Source: Alphaproteobacteria bacterium
GTDB lineage: Bacteria > Pseudomonadota > Alphaproteobacteria > MPNO01 > UBA830
Assembly: GCA_964291215.2 (NCBI GenBank)
Contig: OZ219791.1
Span: forward strand, 2,592,001-2,656,000
Direction of reading: 5' to 3'
DNA: 64,000 nucleotides
Part shown: positions 9,905 through 19,858 of the stretch, piece after piece
Position numbering within the stretch: position 1 is the stretch's first letter
How the letters are laid out: each line of letters opens with the position of its first letter
The notes under the pieces: generated by a model
What the model was told of the DNA's origin: nothing
Databases searched by the model: none
What the model saw: the letters and a program-made list of their open reading frames with translations, nothing else
Translations under genes and position numbers: made by a program

Positions 9905-11020
9905 ATGCCGGTCAGGCGGATCGCCATCTTCGGCGCTGGCGGTGGTGGCACGTCGGCGGCAGCCCATTTGACGACCCTCGGATTCGAGATACGGCTCTAC
10001 AGCCAGGACCGGGAGGCACTCGCGCCGCTTCGGGATATCGGCGGCATCCACTACACGGCGCCGTTCGGCGACGGATTTGCTTCGTTCGCGATGATCACCG
10101 ACGATGCCGGGGCGGCTATGGACGGTGCCGAGATGGTAATGATCGTGAGTCCTGCGCACCTCCACGAGAAGTGGGTCGCCACGGTCGCGCCGCATCTGAC
10201 CGAGGATCAGGTTCTTTTCGTCTCGCCGGGGCACACGCTGCTCCTGATCCCGCACGTGCTCCGCGAGCACGGGATCCGGAACCCCGTATTTTGCGAGACC
10301 GCGACACTGCCCTATCTCTGCCGACGCATCGAACCGGCGAAATGCCGGATCTCGCGGGTGTCGGACTTCATGGTGTTCGGTGGCTTTCCCGGCCGCGAGA
10401 CCGGGCGCCTGCACGAGATCGTCAGGACCGTCTATCCCGCGGTACAGCCGTTTTCCAATGTCCTCGAAACCGTATTCCCCTACGGCAATGCCATTCACCA
10501 CCCGCCGGCGGTGCTGTGCAATGCCGGGCGCATCGAAGCGACCGGTGGCGATTTCCGCCACTATTACGACGGCATCACGCCGTCGGTCGGGCGGTTGATC
10601 GATGCCGTCGATCGTGAGCGGCTCGCGGTGGCGGAGGCGCTCGGTGCCCGGACCATGCCGTTTGTCGAGCTGTTCTGGCGCATGGGCTACACCACCGACG
10701 AAGCCGGTGCCTCCGGCCTTGCCTACGAAGCTTTTCACCAGAGCGAGCCCGACCGGTGGATCATGGCGCCAACCAGCCTCGATCATCGCTACCTGCTCGA
10801 AGACGTGCCCTACGGCCACCTGGTCTATTCCGAACTCGGCCGCCTCGCCGGCGTGCCGACACCGACGATCGATCACGTCATTCATCTCGCCTCGGTGATC
10901 CTCGGCCGGGATTTCCGGGCCGAGGGGCTGACGCTGGCCCGGATGGGGTTCGGCGACATCACCCGCGATGCCTTCCTGGCGCTGTTGGAACATGGTTTCG
11001 AGGAGGGTGATTTGCGATGA
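9905..11020 (+). CDS. NAD/NADP octopine/nopaline (opine) dehydrogenase family protein
   Basis: Rossmann IAIFGAGGGG, ETATLPY, NAIHHPP, HRYLLEDVPYG, GVPTPTID. Start placed at MPVRR; the upstream part of the 525-aa ORF is IS sequence. Confidence 0.88.
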   Translation: MPVRRIAIFGAGGGGTSAAAHLTTLGFEIRLYSQDREALAPLRDIGGIHYTAPFGDGFASFAMITDDAGAAMDGAEMVMIVSPAHLHEKWVATVAPHLTEDQVLFVSPGHTLLLIPHVLREHGIRNPVFCETATLPYLCRRIEPAKCRISRVSDFMVFGGFPGRETGRLHEIVRTVYPAVQPFSNVLETVFPYGNAIHHPPAVLCNAGRIEATGGDFRHYYDGITPSVGRLIDAVDRERLAVAEALGARTMPFVELFWRMGYTTDEAGASGLAYEAFHQSEPDRWIMAPTSLDHRYLLEDVPYGHLVYSELGRLAGVPTPTIDHVIHLASVILGRDFRAEGLTLARMGFGDITRDAFLALLEHGFEEGDLR

Positions 11021-12358
11021 GTGCCGGAGTGGGCGTGCGGTTCGACGGGTTCGACACGGTGGGAGATACGGTCGAGACCGCAGCCCTGGCAGAGGAGGCG
11101 GGTGCCGACACTATCTGGATGGCCGAGCATCTCGGCTACCGGGCGGCGACGGTGTCGTGCATGGCATTCCTTCAGTGCACGCGCCACCGTCATTCCGACC
11201 GCGGTGATGCCGTATCTCTGGCACCCGATGCCGACGGCCATGCAGTTCGCCATCATGGCCGAGCTCTCGCCCGGACGAGTTGGCATCTGCGTGTCGGTCG
11301 GCAACCTCCTGAACCTGCGGGAGTCGGACGTTTTGATGCCGCAGCATCCGGTTCGCGTGATCCGCGAGTATGTCGAGGCCCTGCGGGCACTCTGGGCTGG
11401 CGAGACGGTCGAACAGGAAGGTCTGGTCTGGCAGCTTCGCGGTGCCAGTTTTGCGTTCCGGCCGCCGCAGGAGATACCGGTCTTCGTTGCCCCCACCGGC
11501 CCCCGGGTGCTGGAGCTGGCCGGGCGGATGCCGACGGCGTGCTGTTTTCAGGCGGCCTGTTGCTGGCTTACACGCGGCGTTGCGCCGAACTTCAGAGGTC
11601 CTGACCTCGTGAGTTGACTTGATCAGTCCGTGATCCCTTTTTCCCAGTACAATGAATGATTTGACCGGTTTTGTGCTTGACAACAGAGTCGCATCGTGGT
11701 CCAATATAATGTGATGCCTGTAATGGGATGATCCCGACCCTGAACACGTTCGCGATGTACCCGTCTGAAGCCTCGTCCCGATCGGAACCTCGTGCTTCTC
11801 CCTTGCCAACGTTGACGTACCGACCGTCTTGTTCTCGAACCTGAAGCCCTTCGACTGCCAGACAACGCACGCAAACTCGGCCTGGAAGCATCCCCCTGAT
11901 TTGGAAACATCGAAGCCGAGGTCAGGATGTCTGAACTTGCCGATGCGGGCGTCAGGGAGGCTGGCCGCAGCACGGACGAAGTACGAAAGGCGGGGTTCGT
12001 GTATTTCGCCTGTTCGGAGGACGGCGACGCCCCCATCGAAGCCAACAGGCTCAAGCTTGCCTTCCTGTTCCGGAACTCCGCGCAGGCCGAGAATATCCGC
12101 TCGATCGATATCCCGCTCGATCACGAGGCGATCATGGAACTGGTCCGCGACCGCGAACTCGAAAAGGCGGCGAGGCTGATCCCGGCGGAAGCGGTGGCGC
12201 AGTTCAGCGTTGCCGGCACGCCCGACGCCTGCCGTGCGGGACTGCAGGCCTATATCGATGCCGGGGTCGACATGCCCGTCATCAAGGTGACGGGCTCGCG
12301 CGAAGAGAGGCGGCTGGCGCTCGACGTGATTCGGGATTTCAACGCCGGCAGAAGCTGA
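11017..12358 (+). pseudogene. LLM-class (luciferase-like) flavin-dependent oxidoreductase, interrupted by a MITE and frameshifted
   Basis: AEEAGADTIWMAEHLG, ELSPGRV, IPVFVAPTGPRVLELAG, ADGVLF, AGTPDACRAGLQAYIDAGVD. The frame rejoins as CAEL|ADAGVREAGR once 11593-11938 is removed. Confidence 0.82.
11593..11933. mobile_element. 341-bp MITE (possibly IS1634-derived)
   Basis: 17-bp IR CAGAGGTCCTGACCTCG / CGAGGTCAGGATGTCTG (15/17). 5-bp TSD AACTT at 11588-11592 and 11934-11938. Confidence 0.85.
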
Positions 12359-12567
12359 GGCCGGCAAAGACATCGTTCCGGGTTGTCACGCTGCGCCGGC
12401 CTGCGCGTCTCCCTTCCAATTGCCGTGCGCATGTCCCTGTCCTGGAAGGTGCAAGTTCCCGACTCGGCGGAACGTCCCAGTCTGGTTCTTGTCCCTCAGG
12501 ATGACACGGACGGGGGCATGGTCCTGTCCGGCTTGACGATCCGCCCCGGGCATGAATCGCCGTCTCG

Positions 12568-13287
12568 TCAGAGCGTGCCCAGCTCGCGGGCAGCAGGCGT
12601 GTGACCTGCGATCTCGAGAATCAGCTTCTTCAGTATTGCGTCTGCAAACGTCCGCCGGCTCTTGGCCTCGATGACGAAGGATCGCGGGCCGCCGGCGATG
12701 TTCGCCCTGTAGTAGTCCGGCAGCTGCGGCATGCCCGGCCGTTCGATGACGAGGCCGTTGATCGTGAAACCGTGGGCGAGGGCGGCGGCGCGCGCTTCGC
12801 CGATGGTCACGATACCGACGGTGTCGGGCCCGTCGCCCGAGACGTCGATGACCTTCCGCGTGCCGTCGAAATCGTTGCCAAGCGCGGTCTCGGCGGCGGT
12901 GGCAACGGCTTCACCGATGGCGTTGCCGCCTGCGCAATAGTCCCGCGGTGCCGTCAGGATGCGCGCGCCGATGGCCTTCGCCGAGGCCGCATCGTCGATC
13001 CTGGTCCAGCCGACGCGCTGCCAGATGCAGCCGGACCCGGCGAACTCGATGTAGGTGACCGCGATCGCGCGCAGGAAGCCGCTGGTGATCGCGCGCAGCA
13101 CCCGCGGATTGGCGAGGGCATCGGCGTAGCCCTGGCGCTGGAGCCGGAACTCTTCGTCGTCGATCGATCCCGAACCGTCGACCACGAACGCGAGTTCGAG
13201 ATCGACGGCACCGCGCCCGGTCTCGGCGGAAGCCGCGAACGCGGACCCGGCGCAGAGCATCACCGCGGCTGCGAGACGGCGGATCAT
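12568..13287 (-). CDS. DUF1194 (vWA-fold) exported protein
   Basis: Signal peptide, VDLELAFVVDGSGSID..EFRLQRQGYA (MIDAS-like), RKVIDVSGDG, KKLILEIAG. Confidence 0.85.
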   Translation of the reverse strand: MIRRLAAAVMLCAGSAFAASAETGRGAVDLELAFVVDGSGSIDDEEFRLQRQGYADALANPRVLRAITSGFLRAIAVTYIEFAGSGCIWQRVGWTRIDDAASAKAIGARILTAPRDYCAGGNAIGEAVATAAETALGNDFDGTRKVIDVSGDGPDTVGIVTIGEARAAALAHGFTINGLVIERPGMPQLPDYYRANIAGGPRSFVIEAKSRRTFADAILKKLILEIAGHTPAARELGTL

Positions 13288-13673
13288 TCCGGCCCTGCCG
13301 CCCAGACATCGACCTCAACCAGCATTTCCGGCTGGGCGAGGGCGGAAATGCAAAGGAGCGTCGATGTTGGCTTGTGGTCGCCGAGAAACCGGTCACGTAT
13401 CGCCATGTGGGCATCGCGCCAGCGCGGATCGGTCAGGTACTGGACGACCTTGACGATGTTGCCGACGCCCATGTCCTGCGCTTCGAGGCAGGCAACCACG
13501 TTGCTCCAGGCCGCTTCCGTCTGCGCCTCGACGCCGTCGGGAATACTGCCGTCCGGCAGGGTTCCGACCTGTCCCGAAAGGGCGACGATGCGGTAACCCG
13601 GCGGTACGGACATGGAATGGATGTAGTGCCGGGCGGGCGGGGCGATGCCGTCCGGGTTCAGGGGGTTGAACAT
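13284..13673 (-). CDS. RidA/YjgF family enamine deaminase
   Basis: LSGQVG, EAQTEAAWSNV, PTSTLLCISALAQPEMLVEVD. GGAGG RBS before MFNPLNP. Confidence 0.85.
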   Translation of the reverse strand: MFNPLNPDGIAPPARHYIHSMSVPPGYRIVALSGQVGTLPDGSIPDGVEAQTEAAWSNVVACLEAQDMGVGNIVKVVQYLTDPRWRDAHMAIRDRFLGDHKPTSTLLCISALAQPEMLVEVDVWAAGPE

Positions 13674-13838
13674 GGTTGTCCTCCCGAAGGATGTCTGTCG
13701 GGCCGGCTGCAGCTGCGTCCCGGCGCATCGCGCCGTCCGGAAAATTCGGGAACCGCACCTCCGACGGCGCCACTCTAGCACATAGCCCGGGACGGTAGGT
13801 GCCGCTGGCCGGAGCGGCAGCAGGGCACGGAGACCCGG

Positions 13839-13867
13839 CTGACATTCCGGAAAAAAGGGAGTATACT
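13839..13867 (+). promoter_or_regulatory. Putative sigma70 promoter of the hydantoinase operon
   Basis: CTGACA-17 nt-TATACT. The -10 lies in the palindrome AGTATACT, a possible repressor (MarR) site by inference. Confidence 0.5.
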
Positions 13868-13908
13868 GCGTAATTGTGCGTGGCGCGGATGTGAGGGAAG
13901 GCGGCAGC

Positions 13909-15990
13909 ATGGCGGCCAGCATCCATAATCCTCCCTGGCGGGTCGGGGTAGATGTCGGCGGAACCTTCACCGACCTTGTGATCGCCGATGGCGACGGGCG
14001 CACCGATGTCTTCAAGGTGCCCTCGGTGCCCGAGGATCCGGGCGAGGGCGTGATCGCGGCGCTTGACCTTGCCTGCGGTGCGCTGGAGCTGACGCGCGCT
14101 GCGTTTCTTGCCGACTGCCAGTTCTTCCTGCACGGTTCAACGGTTGCCACCAACACCCTCCTTGAGGGCAAGGGCGCCCGCGTGGGGCTCCTGACAACCA
14201 GCGGATTTCGCGACAGCCTCGAAGCCCGCCGTGGCCTGCGCAAGGACCCGTGGGACCACCGGACACCCTATCCGCCGGTGCTGGTGCCGCGCTATCTGCG
14301 GCGCCCGGTCTCGGGACGCATCGATGCCCGCGGCCGCGAGATCGAGCCTCTCGACGCCGGCGACGTGCGCGCGGCGTGCCGCGTCTTTCGCGACGAGGGT
14401 GTCGAATCCGTTGCCATCTGCCTTCTCAACAGCTTCGTCAATTCCGCGCACGAGCGGGCGGCGTCCGAGATCGTGCGCGAGGAAGCGGTCTGCGATTCGA
14501 TCTCGGTGTCGTCCGAGATCGTGCCGATAATGGGAGAATACGAGCGCAGTTCGACGACGGCCGTCAACGCCTATGTCATGCCGCGCGTCGCGACCTACCT
14601 GCGGGCGCTGCAGGACCGGCTCATCGCGATGGGTCTCGGCACCAAGCTCCTCATGCTGCAGAGCAACGGCGGCGGCGCATCCCTCGACCAGCTGATCCTC
14701 AGGCCGGTCAACCTGCTGCTGTCGGGACCGTCGGCGGGCGTCGGCGCGATGCAGCGGCTCGCCGAGGAGATCGGCGAGGGCAATCTTGTGAGCATGGAGA
14801 TCGGCGGCACCAGCTGCGACGTCATGCTGATGCACGAGGGCCGCGTGGCGATCACCGACGCGCTGTCGGTCGCCGACTATGACCTCGTCACGCCTTCGGT
14901 CGATATCCACACCGTGGGCGCCGGCGGCGGCACCATCGCCGGCACCGACCAGGCAGGCATGCTCTATGCCGGCCCCCGCGGCGCCGGGGCGCGGCCGGGC
15001 CCGGCGGCCTACGGGCTGGGCGGAACCCTGCCCACGGTCACCGACGCCCACCTCGTTCTCGGTCGGCTGCGTCCGGGACCATATGCCGGGGGCTTGGTAA
15101 CACTGGACCTTGAAAGGGCGGAAGCGGCAATCGACCGCGAGGTCGCGGGGCCGCTCGGACTCGCGCGAACCGAGGCCGCGGCCGGAATTATCCGTGTTGT
15201 CGAACAGAACCTGTTGCATGCGGTCGAGCGCATAAGCATCCAGCGCGGCTACAACCCGGGCCGCTTCATGCTGATTGCCTGCGGCGGTGCCGGGCCCATG
15301 CACGGCGCGAGTGTCGGACGCCGTCTCGGCGCGCGGGCGGTCTACGCGCCGCGCCAGGCCGGCGCGTTCTGCGCCATCGGCATGCAGCACGCCGACGTGC
15401 GGCGGGACTTCGTCCAGGTGCTGATGCGCTGGCTCGACGACGGCATTGTCCCGTTTCTTGCCGAGGGCTATGCCAGTCTCGAGACACAGGCGCGGATGGC
15501 GCTCGGCGAGGAGGGTTTCGGGCCCGACGACATGGTGTTCGGGCGCGAGCTCGACCTTCATTACGAGGGCCAGCAGTGGGACGTCCGCGTGGCCGTCGGC
15601 GACGATGCGGACGCCGATGCGATCCGGGCGGCGTTCGAGGCGGAATACGATCGTCAGTTCGGCCACACCAACCCCACCGGCCGCGTCAATGTCGCCAAGC
15701 TCAGGGTTGTCGGCATCGGCCGGCTGCCGCCGCTTCGGGAACCCGGGTTCCCCGAGGCCGACCGGCCGGCGGCCCCCGCAGACATGCGCCCCGTCTACGC
15801 CGAGGAAGCCGGCGCCTTCCTCGAGACGCCGGTCTACGCAGGCGCCGGCCTCCGTCACGGCCATGGTTTCGACGGTCCCGCCGTGATCGAGGAGGAGACC
15901 ACGACTGTGCTCGTCGGCCCCCGCGACCGGGTTGTCGTCGACAGGCTCGACAACTACCTGATATCGTTCGACCTTGGGGAGGAGGCATGA
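13909..15990 (+). CDS. Hydantoinase/oxoprolinase subunit A (ATP-binding)
   Basis: RVGVDVGGTFTD, HGSTVATNTLLE, SGPSAG, EIGGTSCD, VGAGGGTIA, PTVTDA, GGAGPMH. Confidence 0.92.
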   Translation: MAASIHNPPWRVGVDVGGTFTDLVIADGDGRTDVFKVPSVPEDPGEGVIAALDLACGALELTRAAFLADCQFFLHGSTVATNTLLEGKGARVGLLTTSGFRDSLEARRGLRKDPWDHRTPYPPVLVPRYLRRPVSGRIDARGREIEPLDAGDVRAACRVFRDEGVESVAICLLNSFVNSAHERAASEIVREEAVCDSISVSSEIVPIMGEYERSSTTAVNAYVMPRVATYLRALQDRLIAMGLGTKLLMLQSNGGGASLDQLILRPVNLLLSGPSAGVGAMQRLAEEIGEGNLVSMEIGGTSCDVMLMHEGRVAITDALSVADYDLVTPSVDIHTVGAGGGTIAGTDQAGMLYAGPRGAGARPGPAAYGLGGTLPTVTDAHLVLGRLRPGPYAGGLVTLDLERAEAAIDREVAGPLGLARTEAAAGIIRVVEQNLLHAVERISIQRGYNPGRFMLIACGGAGPMHGASVGRRLGARAVYAPRQAGAFCAIGMQHADVRRDFVQVLMRWLDDGIVPFLAEGYASLETQARMALGEEGFGPDDMVFGRELDLHYEGQQWDVRVAVGDDADADAIRAAFEAEYDRQFGHTNPTGRVNVAKLRVVGIGRLPPLREPGFPEADRPAAPADMRPVYAEEAGAFLETPVYAGAGLRHGHGFDGPAVIEEETTTVLVGPRDRVVVDRLDNYLISFDLGEEA

Positions 15991-17753
15991 TGGACCCATC
16001 ACCGGAAGCTCCAGACCAGGTTCTCGATCCGGTCATCCTCGCCCTGACCCAGAACCGGCTTGACCACATATCCCACCAGATGGGCTGGGTCATGCTGCGC
16101 ACCGCGCGAAGCCCGATCTTCAGCCAGGCCCACGACTTCTCGTGTTTCATCGCCGGCCCCTCGGGAGAGGTGGTCAGTCAGGCGGACGGCATCCCGATTC
16201 ATACCGGCAGCGGCGGCTTCGGCGTACGTGCCATCCTCAGGGACTTCGGCGACGAGATTTCCGAAGGCGATGTGTTCCTGCTCAACGACCCCTGGGCAGC
16301 CGGTGGCAACCACCTGCCGGACTGGGTCGTCGCACGGCCGGTCTTTGTCGACGACCGCATGGTTGGGCTGACCTGCAACCGTGCCCATCAGTCGGATATC
16401 GGCGGCGGCGCCGCCGGCGCTTACAACCCGGCCGCGACTGAAGTCTTCGAGGAAGGCATCCGCCTGCCGGTGCTCCGGCTCGTCGAGGCCGGAAAGACGC
16501 GGAACGACCTCTGGAAACTTCTGCTCCTGAACACGCGCACACCGCATCTTCTCGACGGCGATCTCCGCGCCATGCTGGGCTCGACCCGGATCGGCATGGA
16601 GCGCGTCGCGGCGCTGGTCGAGGAGCTCGGAACCGGCGAGGCGTTGCGCTACTTCTCCGGCGTTCTCGACCATGCCGACCGTTCGGTGCGCCGCGAAATC
16701 ATGCGCCTGCCCGACGGCGTCTACCGGGGCGAGGACCGGTCCGACAACGACTGCTTCGAGATCCGCGACGTGGTGGTGCGGGTGACGCTGACCATTGACG
16801 GAGACCGCATGACGGTCGACTTCACCGGGACCGATCCGCAGATCAGGGGGTTCAAGAACTCGTCGCTCGGCAACACCTATTCGGCCGTCTTTACCGCGCT
16901 GTCGTCGTTCCTCGATCCCGATCTGCCGCACAATGAGGGCGCCTTCCGTTGCGTCGAGGTGATCGCGCCGGAAGGCACGATCGTCAATGCCCGCGAGGGC
17001 GCGTCGACGACCATGTGCACGGTGTTCTGCGCCCACGAGATCATTCACGCGGTGTGGAAGGCGCTCGCTCAGGCCAATCCCGGGCGTGGCTGTGCCGGCT
17101 GGGCGAAGAACGTGTTCGGCCTGTCGGTGGGGCGCGAGGAGAACGGCCTGCCCTATGTTTTCTATCACGGTGCGGCATCGGCCGGCAGCGGCGCCGTCGA
17201 CGGCCGCGACGGCTTCAACCAGATTGGCCATGTCTGCACGCTCGGCGGGCTGACGATGCCCAACATCGAGGCCTATGAGCAGCTCTACCCGGTGCGCTTC
17301 TACCGCCAGGAGTTCCGCCTCGATGCGGCGGGGCCCGGTGAGTGGCGGGGCGGAAGCGGATGCGACTACGAGGTCGAGATCGAGACCCCGGCCGTCCATT
17401 CCTTCCGCGGCGAGGGGCTCGGTTACGAGACCGGTTACGGCATCAATGGCGGCGGCGGCGGTGCGCCCGGCGAAATGCGGCTACGCTACGCCGACGGCCG
17501 CACCGAGGAGGCGCCGAAGTTCGGGCTGCGTCCCACCGGCCCGGTGCGCTTCGTGACGCAGTCGCCGGGCGGCGGCGGCTACGGCGATCCGTTGGCGCGC
17601 GATCCGGAACGGGTGCTGCGCGACTGGCGCGACGGCCTCATTTCGGAGGTTGTGATGCGCGGAACGTACGGGGTCGTCGCCGGCGGCGACGGCCGATCGG
17701 TTGATGCCGCGGGAACCGCGACGCTGAGGGAAATGATGCTCGCGGAGCGGTGA
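15987..17753 (+). CDS. Hydantoinase B/oxoprolinase subunit
   Basis: RTARSPIF..HDFSC, NDPWAAGGNHLPD, HQSDIGG, EEGIRLP, PGGGGYGDP. ATGA overlap with subunit A. Confidence 0.92.
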   Translation: MMDPSPEAPDQVLDPVILALTQNRLDHISHQMGWVMLRTARSPIFSQAHDFSCFIAGPSGEVVSQADGIPIHTGSGGFGVRAILRDFGDEISEGDVFLLNDPWAAGGNHLPDWVVARPVFVDDRMVGLTCNRAHQSDIGGGAAGAYNPAATEVFEEGIRLPVLRLVEAGKTRNDLWKLLLLNTRTPHLLDGDLRAMLGSTRIGMERVAALVEELGTGEALRYFSGVLDHADRSVRREIMRLPDGVYRGEDRSDNDCFEIRDVVVRVTLTIDGDRMTVDFTGTDPQIRGFKNSSLGNTYSAVFTALSSFLDPDLPHNEGAFRCVEVIAPEGTIVNAREGASTTMCTVFCAHEIIHAVWKALAQANPGRGCAGWAKNVFGLSVGREENGLPYVFYHGAASAGSGAVDGRDGFNQIGHVCTLGGLTMPNIEAYEQLYPVRFYRQEFRLDAAGPGEWRGGSGCDYEVEIETPAVHSFRGEGLGYETGYGINGGGGGAPGEMRLRYADGRTEEAPKFGLRPTGPVRFVTQSPGGGGYGDPLARDPERVLRDWRDGLISEVVMRGTYGVVAGGDGRSVDAAGTATLREMMLAER

Positions 17754-17808
17754 CGACGGCCGCTGCCCGCGGAGCCATGGACTGTGAACGGACGGAGGAG
17801 ACGAAATA

Positions 17809-19143
17809 ATGGCTGACCTGACGACGGAATTCTGCGGCGTTCCCTTCAAGAACCCGGTGGTGGTCGCCTCGCTCGAGACCACCAACAGCCCGGACCTCAT
17901 GAAGCAGGCGTTCGACTACGGCGCTGCCGGTGCGATCATCAAGACCCTGACCGACATCGACGACATGGCCGTGCTGACCATGAATTCGAAGTACTGCATC
18001 ATGGACGACCGTGGCGACATCATCCGCGGCAAGGTGCCTCGGGACTTCAAGTTCTACAGCCGGTCCGGCTATTCGAGCACCTACTACAAGGACTGGATCC
18101 CGCATCTCAAGGAGATCGGCGCCTATGCCCGCGACCGTGACGCCCATCTGATCGGCAGCGCCGGAGCTAGGGACATAGACGGCTGGAAGGATATCTGCCG
18201 CATCTTCGAGGATTGCGGCCTGCCGATGGTCGAGCTGAACTTCGGGTGTCCGCATCCGGCGATGATGCCCGGTGTCCACGGCGGCAGCATGATCGGCCAG
18301 GTCGCTGACGTTGCCCACGAGGTGACGCGTCAGGTTTGCGAGGCGGTGGAGATTCCGGTGATGATCAAGCTCACTCCGGATCAGACCACGCCGGTCGAGA
18401 TCGCCAAAGCCGTCAAGGAGGCCGGCGCCGCGGCTGTGACGGCGACCAACCGCTATACCGGCTTCGCGGTCGACATCGAGACCGGGCAGCCCCGGCTCGG
18501 CGGTCCGGCCGGGATCGGCGGAACTTGGACCAAGCCGTTGACGCTGCGCTACATCCACAACATCTATCGCGATGTCGGCATTCCGATCGCCGGCTCGAAC
18601 GGGATTTTCGATCACCGCGATGTCGTCGAGTTTCTGATGACCGGCTCGGACATCGTCGAGGTCGGATCGGTGCTGATGATCAAGGGGATGAAGTGGCTGC
18701 CGAATATTATCGAGGGGCTCGAGCGTTTCATGGACGACCACGGATACCCGGACCTCAAATCGATGCGCGGCATCGCCACCAAGGCCTCGGTGCAGGACTA
18801 TTCGGATCAATTCCGCAAGGCGCGCATCCACGCCGCGGTCAATCACGACACTTGCCAGAATCCGACCTGCAACATCTGCGTGCAGATGTGCTTCTATGAG
18901 GCCCTGTCCCAGAACCCGGCCGGCAGCATCGATGTGCATCCCGACACCTGCATCGGCTGCGAACTGTGCCTCGACGTCTGCCCCTTCGATTCTATCTCGA
19001 TGGAACCGACGACCGCGCAGCAGATGGCGGAGGAGTATTTCAGGATTCCCGACGGCGTCTACGAGAAGCCCGGGAAGTTTGCGACCCGCCGCAACAACAT
19101 GGAGACCATCCGGCTGAACAGCGCCGGCCTGGCGGCGGAATAG
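17809..19143 (+). CDS. Dihydropyrimidine dehydrogenase PreA-like flavoprotein (DHODH barrel + 2x[4Fe-4S])
   Basis: FKNPVVVAS, VELNFGCPH, VMIKLTP, TATN, C-terminal CQNPTCNICVQMC and CIGCELCLDVCP. Confidence 0.82.
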   Translation: MADLTTEFCGVPFKNPVVVASLETTNSPDLMKQAFDYGAAGAIIKTLTDIDDMAVLTMNSKYCIMDDRGDIIRGKVPRDFKFYSRSGYSSTYYKDWIPHLKEIGAYARDRDAHLIGSAGARDIDGWKDICRIFEDCGLPMVELNFGCPHPAMMPGVHGGSMIGQVADVAHEVTRQVCEAVEIPVMIKLTPDQTTPVEIAKAVKEAGAAAVTATNRYTGFAVDIETGQPRLGGPAGIGGTWTKPLTLRYIHNIYRDVGIPIAGSNGIFDHRDVVEFLMTGSDIVEVGSVLMIKGMKWLPNIIEGLERFMDDHGYPDLKSMRGIATKASVQDYSDQFRKARIHAAVNHDTCQNPTCNICVQMCFYEALSQNPAGSIDVHPDTCIGCELCLDVCPFDSISMEPTTAQQMAEEYFRIPDGVYEKPGKFATRRNNMETIRLNSAGLAAE

Positions 19144-19177
19144 TCCTCGGCGTACCGCGGACGGGGTTGCTGGAAGG

Positions 19178-19684
19178 TCAGCTGGCCCGTCGCGGAGGCG
19201 GCCGTCCGGTGTCGCTTCCGGCCATCATCTTGCGCATGAGGCTCATCAGGCGGGCGTTCTCGGCGTTCGACAGGCCGCCCGTCAGGCGCTGCTGGGCGCG
19301 TTCCATCGCGTCGTGGGCGCCTTCCACGAAACGGCGGCCTTCGGGCGTGATGCGGGCGAGCCGCATGCGACGGTCGCTGGGGTTGGCGACGCGTTCGATA
19401 TGGCCGCGCCGCTCAAGGCGGCGGATGACGTCGGCGGCATTGGTGCGGTCTATCCCGACTTCGCCCGCGACCGAGGCCTGATCGAGGGCGCGGCCGCGGT
19501 AGAGGACGCTGAGCACCGCGTACTGCACCGGGGTCACGTCATGGGCGCGGCACTCTTCGAGAAACAGCGCGGCATGCAGCTGGTGGAGACGCCGGATCAA
19601 GAAACCGGGCCGCGACCAGAGATCGGTATAGGCCGTCTCGTCGCCATCGGCCGGCCGGCCGCTGCGGGGTGTCTCGTCAGCCAT
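19178..19684 (-). CDS. MarR-family transcriptional regulator
   Basis: PGFLIRRLHQ..TPVQYAVL..DRTNAADVIRRLERRGHIER..DRR..ITPEGR. Confidence 0.88.
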   Translation of the reverse strand: MADETPRSGRPADGDETAYTDLWSRPGFLIRRLHQLHAALFLEECRAHDVTPVQYAVLSVLYRGRALDQASVAGEVGIDRTNAADVIRRLERRGHIERVANPSDRRMRLARITPEGRRFVEGAHDAMERAQQRLTGGLSNAENARLMSLMRKMMAGSDTGRPPPRRAS

Positions 19685-19858
19685 GGAGGGGATCCTGTCG
19701 CACGGTTCGGGCGGCAGCATATCGGATAGCGGCCGCAAGCGCAGCAGTGTTTCCGACATCGTCCGGCACGGCGTTGTGTCGGGCCGCGCAAAAGCTACAA
19801 TCCAAATCGATCAGGGGTACTTTGGAATCCGGTTGACCGGAAAGAGGAGGCACTTGCG

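Noticed and set aside
11677-11710. Perfect TTGACA and TATAAT hexamers inside the MITE
   Set aside because: The spacer is 22 nt, too long for a sigma70 promoter.
14137-18939. Long antisense ORFs (621, 466, 433 aa) and similar ones opposite ileS, purL and dctM
   Set aside because: Shadow frames expected from high-GC codon bias; no protein motifs.
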